A DNA stretch of 64,000 nucleotides from Flaccisagitta enflata (lineage: Eukaryota): contig OZ231126.1 of NCBI GenBank assembly GCA_965153355.1, positions 13,826,001 to 13,890,000 of the forward strand, in the 5' to 3' direction. Position numbers and translations under genes: made by a program. The notes under the pieces were generated by a model. That model was not told the DNA's origin. It saw only the letters and a list, made by a program, of their open reading frames with translations, and made no database searches. Each line of letters starts with the position of its first letter. Position 1 is the first letter of the stretch. Positions 63,501 to 64,000 of the stretch are shown piece by piece.

Positions 63501-64000
63501 TGCAAATTTAAAGGAAAACAAACACCCTAGTGTTTATGTAGAGTCACCTGTTTTAAAGGGTGTAGAATAGAGGGAGAATCATGTCCTTTCCCTAACTTTA
63601 AGATGATATCTACGCATCAACCAATACTTTTGAAACCTAGTGGGAGGGTCTGTTCATAGTTTAGGATGTGAGTGAACACATTGTGAAAAAAAAACTGAAC
63701 ATTTTTCAATCATATGGCCGAACGGCCTCTCGACAGGGAAAGCCTGGGATTTTTAAGCAAATCCCCTCAATTTTCAAAGGCCAATTTGACTGACTTAAAC
63801 CTAATAGGAAAGCTTGAGATTGAACATAAGTACATCCATCCTACAACACGGCGGATCAATATCAAAATTTCAAAGATCAGGCCTGGTAAATTTTCAGGAT
63901 TAACGAGCGAAAAGTGAATGTAGTAATATAGCATATACCTTTTTTTCACTCAAAACGCTTCAAAATCCAAAAAGGTTAACCATTTTTGAGGGTTTTTTGG
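57586..64000. repeat. Macrosatellite with a ~1.06-kb base unit, expanded to ~1.53-1.54 kb by an internal duplication; runs off the window
   Basis: Unit starts at 57586, 59062, 60606, 62146 and 63672. Confidence 0.95.
57746..58155. mobile_element. 410-bp MITE with TA TSD inserted in one macrosatellite unit
   Basis: TIRs CTACTCGACTCAAAAAAAAAGCCGCAC / GTGCGGCTTTTTATTGAGTCGAGTAG; the empty site AAGTACATCC is present in units at ~59218, ~60762, ~62303 and ~63828. Confidence 0.93.

Noticed and set aside
59104-63949. Recurring 60-67 aa ORFs as a tandem gene family
   Set aside because: Short overlapping frames on both strands within an AT-rich macrosatellite unit, with no splice or domain evidence; one unit is interrupted by a MITE.

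Overview
Repeat-dense, AT-rich invertebrate (metazoan) genomic DNA; nothing prokaryotic is present. There is one clearly intact host gene, a 4-exon secreted chymotrypsin-type S1 serine protease (15802-25544, +, 268 aa). Most of the rest is mobile or tandem DNA. The main elements are: (1) a young, gag-only BEL/Pao-type LTR element (3702-9449) with near-identical, non-canonical 498-bp terminal repeats, sitting inside a (TC)n microsatellite; (2) a Transib-like non-autonomous element (5-bp TSD) carrying a 2.9-kb 46-bp satellite; (3) three elements with 9-bp TSDs that share a terminal motif; (4) two unrelated CAGTC..GACTG elements with TTAT TSDs; (5) several TA-flanked MITEs; (6) many Helentron/HINE-like short elements; (7) a 3-kb GC-rich 32-bp minisatellite; (8) a decayed ORF at 46.7-48.4 kb; (9) a ~6-kb duplication, possibly an assembly artefact, leading into a 1.06-1.54-kb macrosatellite framed by diverged inverted repeats. 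All coordinates and alignments were read by eye, and no database searches were run.
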